A stretch of DNA of 64,000 nucleotides, taken from contig OZ240245.1 of the NCBI GenBank assembly GCA_965198175.1, positions 3,168,001 to 3,232,000 of the forward strand, read 5' to 3'. Below, one piece after another: positions 52,777-63,556 of this stretch. A program made the position numbers and the translations under genes. The notes beneath the pieces were generated by a model. The model did no database searches. It had not been told where the DNA came from and was given only the letters and a program-made list of their open reading frames with translations. Within the stretch, counting starts at the first letter, position 1; each line of letters starts with the position of its first letter. Origin of the DNA: Candidatus Poribacteria bacterium (lineage in GTDB: Bacteria; Poribacteria; WGA-4E; PCPOR2b).

Positions 52777-53123
52777 GTGTGAGTGGAAAAATCATCGTGT
52801 TCATTTTAGCGCTGATGTTGTCAATTTATGGGGTACGAAAGTGTTAATTGCGGTCAGGTCGGCCCCACTGTTGAGGGAGGCGATGGTCGGTACGATATTG
52901 AGAATTTTGGTCTGTTCAATCCTGAAGAGGCACAAAAGGAGTACGGTCATCGTTACTATGATCGGTACAATCGTTATCATAGCACCGCGCTCGGCAACTT
53001 TTTGTTTCAGGTTCCTGAAGCGTATCAGTAGTTTTGTTTTGTGACAAAATTTATTTTGTGGGGTATTATATTTTTGGATACGACTGCTTTTCACATCCAC
53101 ACTTTTGACGAAAGGGGTATGTA

Positions 53124-53693
53124 ATGTTTGCACGGTATTTGTTGTGCGTTCTTTGTTTGGGTACCCTGATCAGCTGCGGTGCTGATAGGGATATTGTTGT
53201 GGAAGATGAGATTTCTGCTGACGGGAGTGATGTGCCCGATGCCGTCTCTCCAGACAGTTATTCTGGAGATATTCCTGTGGTTACGCTTGTCACAGAGGGG
53301 CTCTGGGATGAAGAGGGGAGTCTGCAGATTCAATTCCATTTAGAGATTGACCGGTCCCTTGAACATAATCTTTCAATATGTTTTGAACGGGTGCATTTTT
53401 CTGTTTTTGGTCATGATAATTCCGACAGGGGGTTACTGGGTATTTTACAAGGAGAAACTGAGTCCTTGAGTTTTACTTCCTATGCTCTTGCTAATAAGAC
53501 TGTGTTAACGATTTTACCGGCGTCTATGCGGAAGGAGGTTGTGTTACCCTATAGGGTTTATGTTGGTCGGGATAGAGATGCTGATGAGAAAGTTAGTTTT
53601 GCTGTTCCTGTGGGGCATCAATTTAAACCGTACAAAATTGGTGACCCAGGAGAAATCATTCTCCGTCGTGGGGACATTGACGGATTTAAATGA
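53124..53693 (+). CDS. Hypothetical lipoprotein
   Basis: Lipobox LISC; paralogous to 53993-54518. Confidence 0.7.
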   Translation: MFARYLLCVLCLGTLISCGADRDIVVEDEISADGSDVPDAVSPDSYSGDIPVVTLVTEGLWDEEGSLQIQFHLEIDRSLEHNLSICFERVHFSVFGHDNSDRGLLGILQGETESLSFTSYALANKTVLTILPASMRKEVVLPYRVYVGRDRDADEKVSFAVPVGHQFKPYKIGDPGEIILRRGDIDGFK

Positions 53694-53992
53694 ATGTTCA
53701 GTAAAACACTATTTTGATATTCCTGTGGGACACCAGTTTCAACCGTATCGGGTCGGTACTCCATCTCAGATTGTTTACGAGGGGGGATGAAGTAGACAAC
53801 TGGCCTTTTTTCTCAAAGAAGACAAACATGATTGTTTGTCTTCTTTTTGTTTTTTAACTGTGTTGATGGGGAAGGTGCCTAAAAAAATATCAATGATTCT
53901 TCCCTGCGGCAAATTTTTTCTTGTGGTATTATATGTTTTGAATACGGTCGGCTGTTTTTTAACGTATGTTCTAAAAATGAAAGAGGGTTGTG

Positions 53993-54518
53993 ATGTTCTG
54001 ATATTAGGTTGTGTGTCCTTTGTTTGGGCACCCTGATCTGCGATGTTGAGAGTTATGTTATTGAGGAGGGTGAGATGCCGCTTGATACTGATGGAGAGGT
54101 TGTTGACGCCATTGTTTCGGATAACTATTCTGGAAATATTCCTGGTGTCATGGTTGTTGCCGGTGATATTTTGGATAAAGGAGGGGATTTACGGATTCCG
54201 TACTTCCTCAAAATTGACAGACCGCTCGCACACAACCTTGTGGTGTGTGTTGAGGTTGTCTCGATGACCCCAGTCCCAGGGTTTGGTAATATCCGTTGCC
54301 GTTCTATGAGAGTGCTAAGGGGTATTCTTTGGGGTACAACTGAGTCCCTGCTGCATTACTGGTGGATCGGTGATGGTGGTCCTGTTAAACTTCCAATAAC
54401 GGTGTTACCGGCAAGCACACGGACATCTGTTCTTGATGCATACTTGGAAAAGTTTGGTGGACCTTATTGGGTTGTTATTGGCAGTAGATACATGGAAAGC
54501 ACCTTAGAGCCTGTTTGA
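53993..54518 (+). pseudogene. Degenerate paralog of the upstream lipoprotein, truncated by IS5 remnant
   Basis: Shared CVLCLGTLI, YSG.IP.V, L.IDR.L.HNL..C, GIL.G.TESL, LPAS.R; stops and frameshift directly after ATG 53993. Confidence 0.7.
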
Positions 54519-54966
54519 AAAAGAAAAAAGTTGTCTGAACGGTTGATGTTTACGTTTACACATTGGAGCAGTTGATTCTGAACCAATGAAAGGAGTAAAC
54601 ATGAACCGTAAGCGTTATCCCAGTGATTTGACCGATGCACAATGGAAGAAACTGTCCCCGTTTCTGCCAACACCCCAATCATTGGGTAGACCTCTGGTGT
54701 GTGCTGATGCCGCCTATCGGGGAGAATTAGAAGACTGGTTATATCTTGCTCATTAGTATCAACTGCAGATTGCATCTACGCTAGGGCAGCAGGAGTTTAA
54801 AGTTGTCCGGTTACGATGGATTGTTGATCGCACATTTTCTTGGTTTGGTTTCGTCGATTGACTTTGGATTATGAACGCTATCCTAGGACTGCTGAGACTA
54901 TGGTGTACATCGCTTCCATTTACTTGATGCGAAACCGTATCAAATGACTTTTCAAACAAGCTCTAA
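54504..54966 (+). mobile_element. Internally deleted IS5-family element
   Basis: IRs TTAGAGCCTGTTTGAAAA / TTTTCAAACAAGCTCTAA; transposase scraps 'MNRKRYPSDLTDAQW', 'ADAAYRG', 'RWIVDRTFSW', 'DYER'. Confidence 0.88.
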
Positions 54967-54985
54967 GAATCAGAGGGACTGAATC

Positions 54986-55629
54986 TTGGCGTCATGGAAT
55001 GAGTTGTACGCTGATGAAAAATATCAAGAGTTAATCCCAGAGACCGCTGTCTATCGGTTTTGCAGCATCGTGGAAGGCGCATTTGACGAAAGACCGCTGA
55101 AGTTCTGGGACCTCGGCTGCGGTGCCGGTCGACACACCGCGGCGCTTTTCCGGCTCGGTCATGATGTCTATGCTACGGACGATGCACCACGCGCAATTGA
55201 TTTGACAAGACAACGGTTGGCGGATGTGACAGATTGGCCTTGGCGCCCTAGCTGTTTTCACGGCGTGGTCAGCTGGAATGTGTTACACCACAACAGACTT
55301 GCCGCCATTGACGAAGCTGTGGCTCACATTTACCGGTCGCTGATTCCCGGTGGAATCTTGATGGTCACACAAAATTGGACAAAGCTGATTTAGCCGGACG
55401 AGGGGTAGAAATTGAACCAGGGACATTCATCCACGATATCGGTGACGATAGCGGCGTTCCGCACCATTACTTCAACGAGGCTGGTATCCGGGATTTGTTT
55501 GCGGACTGGGAGTTCATGGTGCTATCGGAACAGGTGATCGCTCACTTGGAGCGCCCCGATCGGTTTTGGGAGTATACGCCATTCCCATTCACACATTGGG
55601 AGATTGTCGCGAGGAAGTTCGCGGGCTAA
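54986..55629 (+). pseudogene. Class I SAM-dependent methyltransferase, frameshifted
   Basis: DLGCGAGRH, 'VLHH', 'LIPGG'; C-terminus 'GVEIEPGTF..GVPHHYF' in another frame from ~55375. Confidence 0.8.
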
Positions 55630-55697
55630 CTGTGAACAGCAACTAAGAATTACACATATTTATGTAATTAAAAAAGAGTGTTAACCCCATAGTGAAG

Positions 55698-55932
55698 ACT
55701 ATCGCACTCACTATTCGTTCGCTTGATCCTTCGCTATCCGCTCAGTTGATCGCCTTTGGTGATGGGGAGGACATTTGGGGTGTGCGTCGCAATTCGGAGA
55801 TCGCTCCTACTGAGCGTTGCGGGTAGGAGGAAATTCCAATTCCCGACAATACATCACAATTCTTGTATCGTTGAAAAACAGCACAGTTGCCTCCGTTGGT
55901 AGAGATTCGCTTTAAACCGTTCAACCCAACTT
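55698..55932. repeat. Cluster of REP-like repeats
   Basis: 31-bp identity 55698-55728 = 63715-63745; 55764-55810 similar to 63572-63618 (ATTCGGAGATCGCTCCTAC). Confidence 0.8.
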
Positions 55933-55999
55933 CCTGACTTAGGAAAGTGTTCGCAGAGGAAGCGGTAGCAAGTAACCTGTGTCTAAATCGACTTCGTTT

Positions 56000-56680
56000 T
56001 TAGAGCAATTTTATTAACTCCGAAAGGGTGACGATTCTGGTACCAGCGTGCTCGCTGTATCTATTTCCTCGATCAATCAGAACCGCCTGAATCCCCGCCT
56101 GTTCCGCACCGTCAATGTCATTTTCAATTGAGTCACCGACCATCAATACGTCGGAGGCGGCAGCGTCAAGATCTCGCAAAACATACTCAAATGCTTTTCG
56201 GTTGGGCTTGGAGAAACCAATCTCCTCGCCAATATAGATTCTTTGAATATATCGGGACAATGCTAGAGCTGTGAATTTGGCTCTTTGACCATCGGACGGA
56301 CCATTCGTAAGAATAGCGGCTTTGATGGCTTTCGCTTGTAGAACCTTCATCAGTGGTATTGTATCGCAAAATAGCTCCATTTTATGATTGGTTTCCTGCA
56401 TGTAGATATGATTTAATTCAGAGGATATTTCGAGAGATGTTGCGTGGGCACCCTTCAAGACATCGGCAAACCGACGAATTCTATATTCCTCTCTGGCAAT
56501 AGACCTATCGGCAAACTGGCGAAATAACATAGGTTCTACGAGGTTGAAATGATCCCAAAATGGATCTATATCTATTCCAAGCGTTTTCAAGATTATGTTA
56601 ATATGAGATTTTGCGTTTTCCTTGGCTTTCTGATAATCGCAAAGCGTATCATCTAAATCGAAAATTATGTGTTTAATCAT
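56000..56680 (-). CDS. HAD family hydrolase (YjjG-like), copy 1
   Basis: FDLDDTL, LTNG, KP, VGDS..ND. Confidence 0.92.
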   Translation of the reverse strand: MIKHIIFDLDDTLCDYQKAKENAKSHINIILKTLGIDIDPFWDHFNLVEPMLFRQFADRSIAREEYRIRRFADVLKGAHATSLEISSELNHIYMQETNHKMELFCDTIPLMKVLQAKAIKAAILTNGPSDGQRAKFTALALSRYIQRIYIGEEIGFSKPNRKAFEYVLRDLDAAASDVLMVGDSIENDIDGAEQAGIQAVLIDRGNRYSEHAGTRIVTLSELIKLL

Positions 56681-56688
56681 GATGGATA

Positions 56689-57439
56689 ATGAAATTTAAA
56701 CAAGCGAACTATGACATTCGGTGTGAATGGGGGGTACAAGGTGTCCTTGAGCTCTCCCGTACAAGCGACGTGGTCATCATTGTTGATGTTCTGTCCTTCT
56801 CTACCTGCGTCGATATTGCAACCGATAGAGATTCAACCGTCTTTCCCTATCTGTGGAAAGACGACCGCGCCCACGAATTTGCCATAGGTGTTGATGCGGA
56901 GTTAGCGGCACCGCGCGATGCGGGTCGTTTTTCCTTGTCTCCCACGTCGTTCGTCGACATTCCTCGACATTCCTCCGGGCGCCACGATTGTACTCCCTTC
57001 TCCAAATGGCGCTTCACTGAGCCTTGCCACGGGGAACACAACTACACTTACGGGTTGTTTGAGAAATGCCTCAGCGGTTGCTAAAGCCGCGCTTCGGTTG
57101 GGGAAACGTATATCTGTCATCCCTGCTGGAGAGCGTTGGGCGGACAATAGCCTGCGTCCGAGTCTTGAGGACTGGCTCGGAGCAGGGGCTATTATCAATC
57201 AATTGAGAGGATCATTATCGCCCGAAGCTCAGGCGGCTGTGCACGTATACCGGGCAACGAGTGCTGATTTAACGCAAACGATTCGGAATTGCGGCTCTGG
57301 CGCGGAACTCATTGAAAGGGGATACGAGACGGACGTGGCACTCGCGTCAGAGTTGGATGTGAGTTGTTGCGTTCCCGTACTCAGTGACAAAGCCTATATC
57401 AACTCGGCGAGATTGGAGCCTCATGTCTTAGGTGATTAG
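56689..57439 (+). pseudogene. 2-phosphosulfolactate phosphatase (ComB) family, frameshifted
   Basis: 'IIVDVLSFST', 'SLSP', 'PSPNG', 'GCLRNA', 'AGERW..LRPSLED'; 10-bp tandem duplication CGACATTCCT at 56955-56974. Confidence 0.85.
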
Positions 57440-57491
57440 CCGCGTTTATCATGTGGTCGAAAATCTCGTTATTGCCTGCCGATCTGCGCTC

Positions 57492-58010
57492 TTAAACGAG
57501 TGGGGGTTCAAACCCCGGTGAATCCTGCGTCAGGTCTTCAACGCTTTCGGAGGTCCCCTGCATTCCCCTGCGAACTCTGAAGTTTAATTCCCACAACGCG
57601 CATTTGTTGCTATCCCAATGCAGGATTTCCATAGCATGACCATAACTCAGCCATTTATACTCCGTATGTTCATAGGATAGTTGTAACTGTTCCGCTTCGA
57701 CTTTGACGGCAAAGCAGTATTCGGGAATGACCAAGACATCGCTGCCCCATCTGAATCCGCAAACGTTTACGACGGGAATCATTGCGAACGAATCAAGTTC
57801 CATGTATTCATTGCTTGGATCGATGCCAGCTTCTTCAAGGGTCTCCCGCTTTGCGGCTTCCAATGGAGATTCACTGTTATCTCCTCCTCCCGCAATTCCC
57901 TGCCAATAGCTGCCTGTTGAGGGTTCGCGCTTGAAAAGCGCGTAAAGAATCACGCTATCCGATGTGATTCTATAAGGAAGCGCTAATACCTGAAAAGGCG
58001 CACGACTCAT
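57492..58010 (-). CDS. NUDIX pyrophosphatase
   Basis: 'WQGIAGGG..ESPLEAAKRETLEEAG', 'LSYEHTEYKW'. Confidence 0.92.
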   Translation of the reverse strand: MSRAPFQVLALPYRITSDSVILYALFKREPSTGSYWQGIAGGGDNSESPLEAAKRETLEEAGIDPSNEYMELDSFAMIPVVNVCGFRWGSDVLVIPEYCFAVKVEAEQLQLSYEHTEYKWLSYGHAMEILHWDSNKCALWELNFRVRRGMQGTSESVEDLTQDSPGFEPPLV

Positions 58011-58144
58011 ACTTTTTCTCCAAGTTTTGTGAGATATTGAATTGTTTAACGTGATGGCTTAAGCGCTTTACTATCTTCCCACAGATTAACATCTCCATGG
58101 GTCAAGGCATATGGATTTGGCTATTCACGTTATTAGACATCACA

Positions 58145-58275
58145 TGCTGCTCCGCTGGAGCAGAAGGCTGGAATCGGCTTACTCTATAGACATTGCACTC
58201 CGCTGGAGCGCAAGACATTGTTAGCTATGTGGGCGTAATGCGGTAAGAAGGGCTTCGCTCCAGCGGAGCGGTATG
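58145..58275. repeat. Three copies of the CTCCGCTGGAG short palindrome (two direct, one inverted)
   Basis: GCTCCGCTGGAGC ~58149, ACTCCGCTGGAGC ~58197, GCTCCAGCGGAGC ~58257. Confidence 0.7.
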
Positions 58276-58286
58276 TTACTCCGTTT

Positions 58287-58967
58287 TCATAGCAATTCGA
58301 TTACCTCCGTAAGGGAGACGATTCTGGTACGAGTGTAATCACTGTATCTATTTGCTCGATCAATCAGAACTGCCTGAATCCCCGCCTGTTCCGCTCCGTC
58401 AATGTCATTTTCGATTGAGTCACCCACCATCAACACGTCGGAGGCGGCAGCGTTAAGATCTTGTGAAACGAGCTCAAATGCTTCTCGGTTAGGCTTGGAG
58501 AAACCAATCTCCTCGCTAATATAGATTCTTTGAATATACCGGGACAATCCAAGATTTTTGAATTTGGCTCTTTGACTATCGGACGGACCATTCGTTAGAA
58601 TAACGGCTACGATGTTTTTCGCTCGTAATACTTTCATCAGTGGTATTGTATCCTCGAATAGCTCTATCTTGTGAGTGGTTTCCTGAATGTAAATATGATT
58701 TAATTCCGATGTTAGTTCGCGAAACTTCTCGTGGGAGCCTTGCAAGACATCGGCAAACCGGCGAATTCTATATTCGTCTCTGGTAATAGACCTGTCGGCA
58801 AACTGGCGGAATAACACAGGTGCTACTCGGTTGAAACGATTCCAAAATGCGTCTATGTCTATTGTAAGCGTTTTCAAGACCTCATTAATATGAGACTTTG
58901 CGTTTTCTTCGGCTTTCTGATAATCGTAAAGCGTATCATCCGCATCGAAAATTATGTGTTTAATCAT
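58287..58967 (-). CDS. HAD family hydrolase, copy 2
   Basis: FDADDTL; colinear close paralog of 56000-56680. Confidence 0.92.
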   Translation of the reverse strand: MIKHIIFDADDTLYDYQKAEENAKSHINEVLKTLTIDIDAFWNRFNRVAPVLFRQFADRSITRDEYRIRRFADVLQGSHEKFRELTSELNHIYIQETTHKIELFEDTIPLMKVLRAKNIVAVILTNGPSDSQRAKFKNLGLSRYIQRIYISEEIGFSKPNREAFELVSQDLNAAASDVLMVGDSIENDIDGAEQAGIQAVLIDRANRYSDYTRTRIVSLTEVIELL

Positions 58968-58975
58968 AACGGTCA

Positions 58976-59206
58976 ATGAAACCGCAGCAAGCGAACTATG
59001 ACATTCGGTGTGAATGGGGGGGTGTCCTTGAGCTCTCCTGTACAAGCGACGTGGTCATCATTGTAGATGTTCTGTCCTTCTCTACCTGCGTCGAAATTGC
59101 AACCGATAGAGATGCAACCGTCTTTCCCTATCTGTGGAAAGACGACCGCGCGCACAAATCTGCCATAACTTGTGATGCAGAGTCAGCGGTACCGCGCGGT
59201 GCGGGC
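58976..59206 (+). pseudogene. ComB family 5' fragment, copy 2
   Basis: Matches 56689-56925, then similarity stops just before the 59219 palindrome. Confidence 0.85.
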
Positions 59207-59218
59207 TGTGAGGTTCAA

Positions 59219-59248
59219 AAACCGAGTTTTCAAGAAAAAACTCGGTTT
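59219..59248. repeat. Palindromic repeat, copy 2
   Basis: AAACCGAGTTTT...AAAACTCGGTTT; possible terminator for the HAD gene ending at 59255. Confidence 0.8.
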
Positions 59249-59254
59249 CAACAA

Positions 59255-59959
59255 CTAAAGAAGCGCTTCAATCTCCTCCAGATTCCTTACCCACTCGAAA
59301 TCACCAGCATCCGCGGGTTCGCCGCTACGAACCATAAGGATACCCTTCAAACCCAACGCAATTGCCTTCTCCACGTTCTCGGGGCAATCATCCACGAACA
59401 ACAGTTTTCCCGGTGGCAGACGCAATTCGTCAACAGCCCGTTTGTAATTCCTTTCGTCTGGTTTACAGCAGCCTATTTGGGCTGAAATGACAAATGTCTG
59501 AAAGTAACTCCGTAGACCGAGTAATCTGTGCTTTTTCTCTAGTGAGGGCCAAGCGTCCGATACAATACCGAGCGAGAGACCTCTTTCATGCAATCTCTCT
59601 AGAACGGGGATTGTATCGTCGAAAAGTTCAAACCCAATTTCATCTACCACAGCATTTGCCAACGGGCAAAGCAGACCCCTATCGGGGTTACGAAGCCCGA
59701 GATGTTCAAGCAGGATGCGATAGTAGGTTCGAAATTGTTCACGTTCCTCATCTTCCGTTATCAGATGATGATTGTCATCAAGGTAACGCATTCCCTCGTC
59801 AAGTGCACCTTCCAGCCGACTCCAGGATAGGTCCCGAATGTTGTGCTTATCCAGAATTTCGTGGAAATAAGGACCTGGCCACCAACTCCCACCGATTGGT
59901 CGCACCAAGGTGTCGCCGGAGTCAAATAGAATGCCTTTAATGTTACCAAATTGGGTCAT
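59255..59959 (-). CDS. HAD-IA family hydrolase
   Basis: FDSGDTL, VSDAW, KPD, FVDD..EN. Confidence 0.9.
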   Translation of the reverse strand: MTQFGNIKGILFDSGDTLVRPIGGSWWPGPYFHEILDKHNIRDLSWSRLEGALDEGMRYLDDNHHLITEDEEREQFRTYYRILLEHLGLRNPDRGLLCPLANAVVDEIGFELFDDTIPVLERLHERGLSLGIVSDAWPSLEKKHRLLGLRSYFQTFVISAQIGCCKPDERNYKRAVDELRLPPGKLLFVDDCPENVEKAIALGLKGILMVRSGEPADAGDFEWVRNLEEIEALL

Positions 59960-60199
59960 GGAACCACCTGCAATTTTCACCAGTGTTGACCAGCAGATCA
60001 GGGTAAGTTTAAAACGCTGACAGCGTACATGTGGTGCTGCATTTACCTTATATTTTACAACAGACAGTTTATGATGTAAAGTCAGATTCGTATTATTACC
60101 GCGATTGCAGCATACCGTTGAAGGCTCTTGTCAGATGTGCTATACTAGCTGAACTTCAGGTGTTACACGAACTTGCGCATCTTTAGGGAAGATAATGTC

Positions 60200-60952
60200 A
60201 TGCACGAACAAACGGCGATCGCTTGGCTTGAGGAGAAAAAGCGAAAATACTTGTACGGATTAGATCGGCAAACGACGATTGTCACGCTCGGTTCTGCTCT
60301 ATTTCTGATTGTGTATCTCACTTACAGCCGACGGAGTTTCTTCCGAGTTCACTTTGCGGACCACTTAGGGGGCCACCCGCTCTGGGAACTCTTCTCGTAC
60401 TACTACTGGTTTCTGACGAGTTCGGTTACGCTGATGCTGCTGCCAGCACTCGTTGCGAAATTCGGGACGAAGCGTGGTTTTCGGGACTACGGCTTTCGCT
60501 TGAGCCACGGAAAGCTGGGTTGGGGATTGGCTGTCGGTGTTTGGGCGCTCATGATTCCTTGTATCATCCTTGCCTTACAGGTTTTTCCCGCCTTTCAGGA
60601 CAGATATCCGCTCTGCAAAATCGCAGGGCGTCGTTGGCAACTTTTCATCCCGTATGAGCTTGCGTACGGCGTCTATATGTTCTCTTGGGAGTTTTTCTTT
60701 CGAGGCTTTATGCTTTTCGGGCTGGAGCGGAAGTTTGGGAACGCCAGCATTCTGATTCAGACCATACCATTCGCCGTGATGCACTACAACAAGCCGTTTC
60801 CGGAGGCAATCGGGTCGATATTTGCAGGGGTGCTTCTCGGCGTAATCGCCTTGGAGACCCGATCTTTCATCTACGGCGCAGCGATTCACTGGTTTGTGGC
60901 GGTGACGATGGATGTGTTGGCGCTTGCGTGGAGGTGGCCGCTGAGTTTATGA
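60200..60952 (+). CDS. CPBP (CAAX/Abi) family intramembrane metalloprotease
   Basis: 'WEFFFRGF', 'PFAVMH', 'H....MD', multiple TMs; promoter TTGAAG-17-TATACT at 60118-60146. Confidence 0.88.
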   Translation: MHEQTAIAWLEEKKRKYLYGLDRQTTIVTLGSALFLIVYLTYSRRSFFRVHFADHLGGHPLWELFSYYYWFLTSSVTLMLLPALVAKFGTKRGFRDYGFRLSHGKLGWGLAVGVWALMIPCIILALQVFPAFQDRYPLCKIAGRRWQLFIPYELAYGVYMFSWEFFFRGFMLFGLERKFGNASILIQTIPFAVMHYNKPFPEAIGSIFAGVLLGVIALETRSFIYGAAIHWFVAVTMDVLALAWRWPLSL

Positions 60953-60980
60953 TTGACAATGCAATGATTTCCCTTATAAT
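60953..60980 (+). promoter_or_regulatory. Consensus sigma70 promoter for acs
   Basis: TTGACA-16 nt-TATAAT. Confidence 0.7.
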
Positions 60981-61052
60981 ACACCTCGTAGAACTTATTA
61001 ATACAATCTGACAGAAAGCGTAGCCGAAACGAAAATCAACTTGGAGGAATCA

Positions 61053-62996
61053 ATGAGCAGTAAAGTCTTTCCCCCGGCTGATACAAGCTATCCAATTGCA
61101 GATGCGCATGTAAGCAGTATGGAGCAGTATCACGACATGTACAAAGAATCGGTGACAGATCCAGAGGGGTTTTGGTCAAATGTCGCGGAGCGGCTCACAT
61201 GGTTTAAGGGATGGGATAAGGTTCGAGAGTATGATTTTGTTAAAGCGGACATCAAGTGGTTCGATGGCGGGAAACTGAACGCATCGTACAATTGTCTCGA
61301 TCGCCACGTTGAGTCTGGGCACGGCGACGCGGTTGCGCTGATTTGGGAGGGCAACAATCCAGCAGAAGACAAGACCATCACTTATAGCGAGTTGTTGGGT
61401 GAGGTGAAGCGAATTGCGAATGCACTCAAGTCGGAAGGCGTTCGCAAAGGCGACCGCGTCTGCATCTACTTACAGATGATTCCTGAGCTACCGATTGCTA
61501 TGTTGGCGTGTGCCCGCATCGGCGCGGTGCATTCTGTCGTCTTCGGCGCGTTTTCAGCGGAATCGCTGCGGGATCGCATCAATGATTCCGCGTGCAAGAT
61601 GCTGATTACGCAGGATGCAGCGGTTCGCGGTGCGCGCGGCGGGCTTCCGATGAAAGCGAATGCCGACCGGGCGGTTGCCGAATGTCCTTCTATTGAGCGG
61701 GTAGTCGTTGTTCGCCGCACCGGCGATGACGTGGATTTCGATTCCTCGCGCGACATCTGGTGGCATGAAGCCATGGCGAACGCGAGTGACGACTGCGCGC
61801 CGGAGGAGATGGATGCAGAAGATCCCCTATTCATCCTTTACACCTCCGGATCGACCGGTCAACCGAAGGGTGTGCTTCACACAATCGGCGGCTACCTCGT
61901 TTATACATCCTACACACACGAGATAATTTTTGATTACCGCGAAGGAGATGTCTTCTGGTGTACGGCTGATATCGGATGGGTTACCGGACACTCCTACATC
62001 GTGTACGGTCCGCTTGCGAATCGAGCGGTTAGCGTGATGTACGAAGGGGTTCCGAACTATCCCGACTTTGGACGGTTCTGGAAAGTTGTCGAAAAACACA
62101 ATATCAACCTTTTCTACACAGCACCAACCGCGCTGCGTGCCTTGATGAAAGAGGGCGATGGGTGGGTCGAGAAGCATGATCGCTCGACGCTTCGGCTGCT
62201 TGGGACGGTCGGCGAACCGATTAAGGAGCCGGAATGGCTCTGGTATTACAACGTCGTCGGCGAGGGACGATGCCCAATCGTTGATACGTGGTGGCAAACC
62301 GAGACGGGCGGCGCATTGATTACGCCGTTGCCCGCGACAACGCCGCTCAAACCCGGCTCAGCAACCTTACCGTTCTTTGGCGTCGTGCCCGTGATTTTGG
62401 ATGAAGCTGGAAATGAGGTTGAAGGCAATCATGCAAATGGATACCTATGTATCAAGACGGCGTGGCCCAGCTTGATGCGGACGATCTACGGAGACCATGA
62501 ACGGTTTCGACAGACCTATTTCGACCGATTCCCCGGTTACTACATGACCGGCGACGGCGCTCTGCGGGATGAGGACGGCTACTACTGGATCACTGGGCGT
62601 GTGGACGATGTCTTGAACGTCTCCGGACACCGTCTGGGCACCGCCGAGATTGAGGGTGCGATCGGTCAGCACGCAACCGTTGCTGAGGCAGCGGTTGTCG
62701 GTTTCCCCCATGAGATTAAGGGACAGGGGGTCTATGCGTATGTCACATTGATGACCGGCGAGACGCCCTCGGACGAGATTGAAGCAGGGATTAAGGGGGC
62801 GGTCCGCCAGCATATTGGGCCGCATGCCACGCCCGATAAAATTCAGTTTACACCTGCGTTGCCCAAAACCCGCTCCGGCAAGATTATGCGACGTATCCTT
62901 CGTAAGATCGCCGAAGACGACATTTCTAATCTCGGCGATACCTCTACGCTCGCAGACCCGGCGGTAGTCGATTCGCTCGTCGAGGGGCGAAAGTAA
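61053..62996 (+). CDS. acs: Acetate--CoA ligase
   Basis: [38 protein letters not shown]. Confidence 0.98.
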   Translation: MSSKVFPPADTSYPIADAHVSSMEQYHDMYKESVTDPEGFWSNVAERLTWFKGWDKVREYDFVKADIKWFDGGKLNASYNCLDRHVESGHGDAVALIWEGNNPAEDKTITYSELLGEVKRIANALKSEGVRKGDRVCIYLQMIPELPIAMLACARIGAVHSVVFGAFSAESLRDRINDSACKMLITQDAAVRGARGGLPMKANADRAVAECPSIERVVVVRRTGDDVDFDSSRDIWWHEAMANASDDCAPEEMDAEDPLFILYTSGSTGQPKGVLHTIGGYLVYTSYTHEIIFDYREGDVFWCTADIGWVTGHSYIVYGPLANRAVSVMYEGVPNYPDFGRFWKVVEKHNINLFYTAPTALRALMKEGDGWVEKHDRSTLRLLGTVGEPIKEPEWLWYYNVVGEGRCPIVDTWWQTETGGALITPLPATTPLKPGSATLPFFGVVPVILDEAGNEVEGNHANGYLCIKTAWPSLMRTIYGDHERFRQTYFDRFPGYYMTGDGALRDEDGYYWITGRVDDVLNVSGHRLGTAEIEGAIGQHATVAEAAVVGFPHEIKGQGVYAYVTLMTGETPSDEIEAGIKGAVRQHIGPHATPDKIQFTPALPKTRSGKIMRRILRKIAEDDISNLGDTSTLADPAVVDSLVEGRK

Positions 62997-63046
62997 GGGT
63001 TGGCGTCACAAAGGGCAGCCAGTTGAACATCGCGGAGGTAACTCAT

Positions 63047-63541
63047 TTGCCTTCAGCACAAAAGATTGTGGACGAACTAAAAAAATGGAACGTGACGCAT
63101 GTGATAGGTATACCCGACAATGGGAGTGCGGAAGTCTATAAGTTGCTCCATACTGATGCAGAGATAGAGGTCATCACAGTGAGCCGCGAAGGGGAAGCCT
63201 TTGCAATTGCATCAGGATTGTATGTTGGGGGAAAGCGTCCGGTCGTCCTGATCCAAAATACAGGGTTTCTAGAGTCCGGGGATGCTATCCGCGGGACAGC
63301 TATCAACATGAAAATCCCGTTGGTCACCCTAATCGGCTATCGCGGGTATGGTACGATGGGTGCCGATGACGCTTTCGTTGATACGGCGGCGACGTTCCTG
63401 GAGCCGACGCTCAAAGCGTGGGGGATTCCGTACAACAAACTCGAAACGGACGATGAGGTTGGATATATCAGCGATGCGTTTCGAGAAGCTGGCGAGACGT
63501 CCATGCCGAGCGCGGTGTTGATTGTTGGGATTTGTACGTAG
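63047..63541 (+). CDS. Sulfopyruvate/phosphonopyruvate decarboxylase alpha-subunit-like TPP protein
   Basis: 'GIPDN', 'SREGEAFAIASG', 'LIQNTG', 'IGYRG'; TTG after GGAGGT. Confidence 0.8.
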   Translation: MPSAQKIVDELKKWNVTHVIGIPDNGSAEVYKLLHTDAEIEVITVSREGEAFAIASGLYVGGKRPVVLIQNTGFLESGDAIRGTAINMKIPLVTLIGYRGYGTMGADDAFVDTAATFLEPTLKAWGIPYNKLETDDEVGYISDAFREAGETSMPSAVLIVGICT

Positions 63542-63556
63542 ACGAACCCCCACTAG

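Noticed and set aside
58145..58275. Short repeats as a possible CRISPR array
   Set aside because: Only three ~13-bp units, one inverted, irregular spacing, no cas genes
59207..59485. C-terminal part of ORF 58976-59485 as real protein
   Set aside because: It is read-through across a palindrome into the antisense of the 59255-59959 HAD gene
56689..63541. ComB-like plus ComD-like genes as a coenzyme M pathway
   Set aside because: Not clustered, both ComB copies broken, no comA/comC/comE seen; both families are broad
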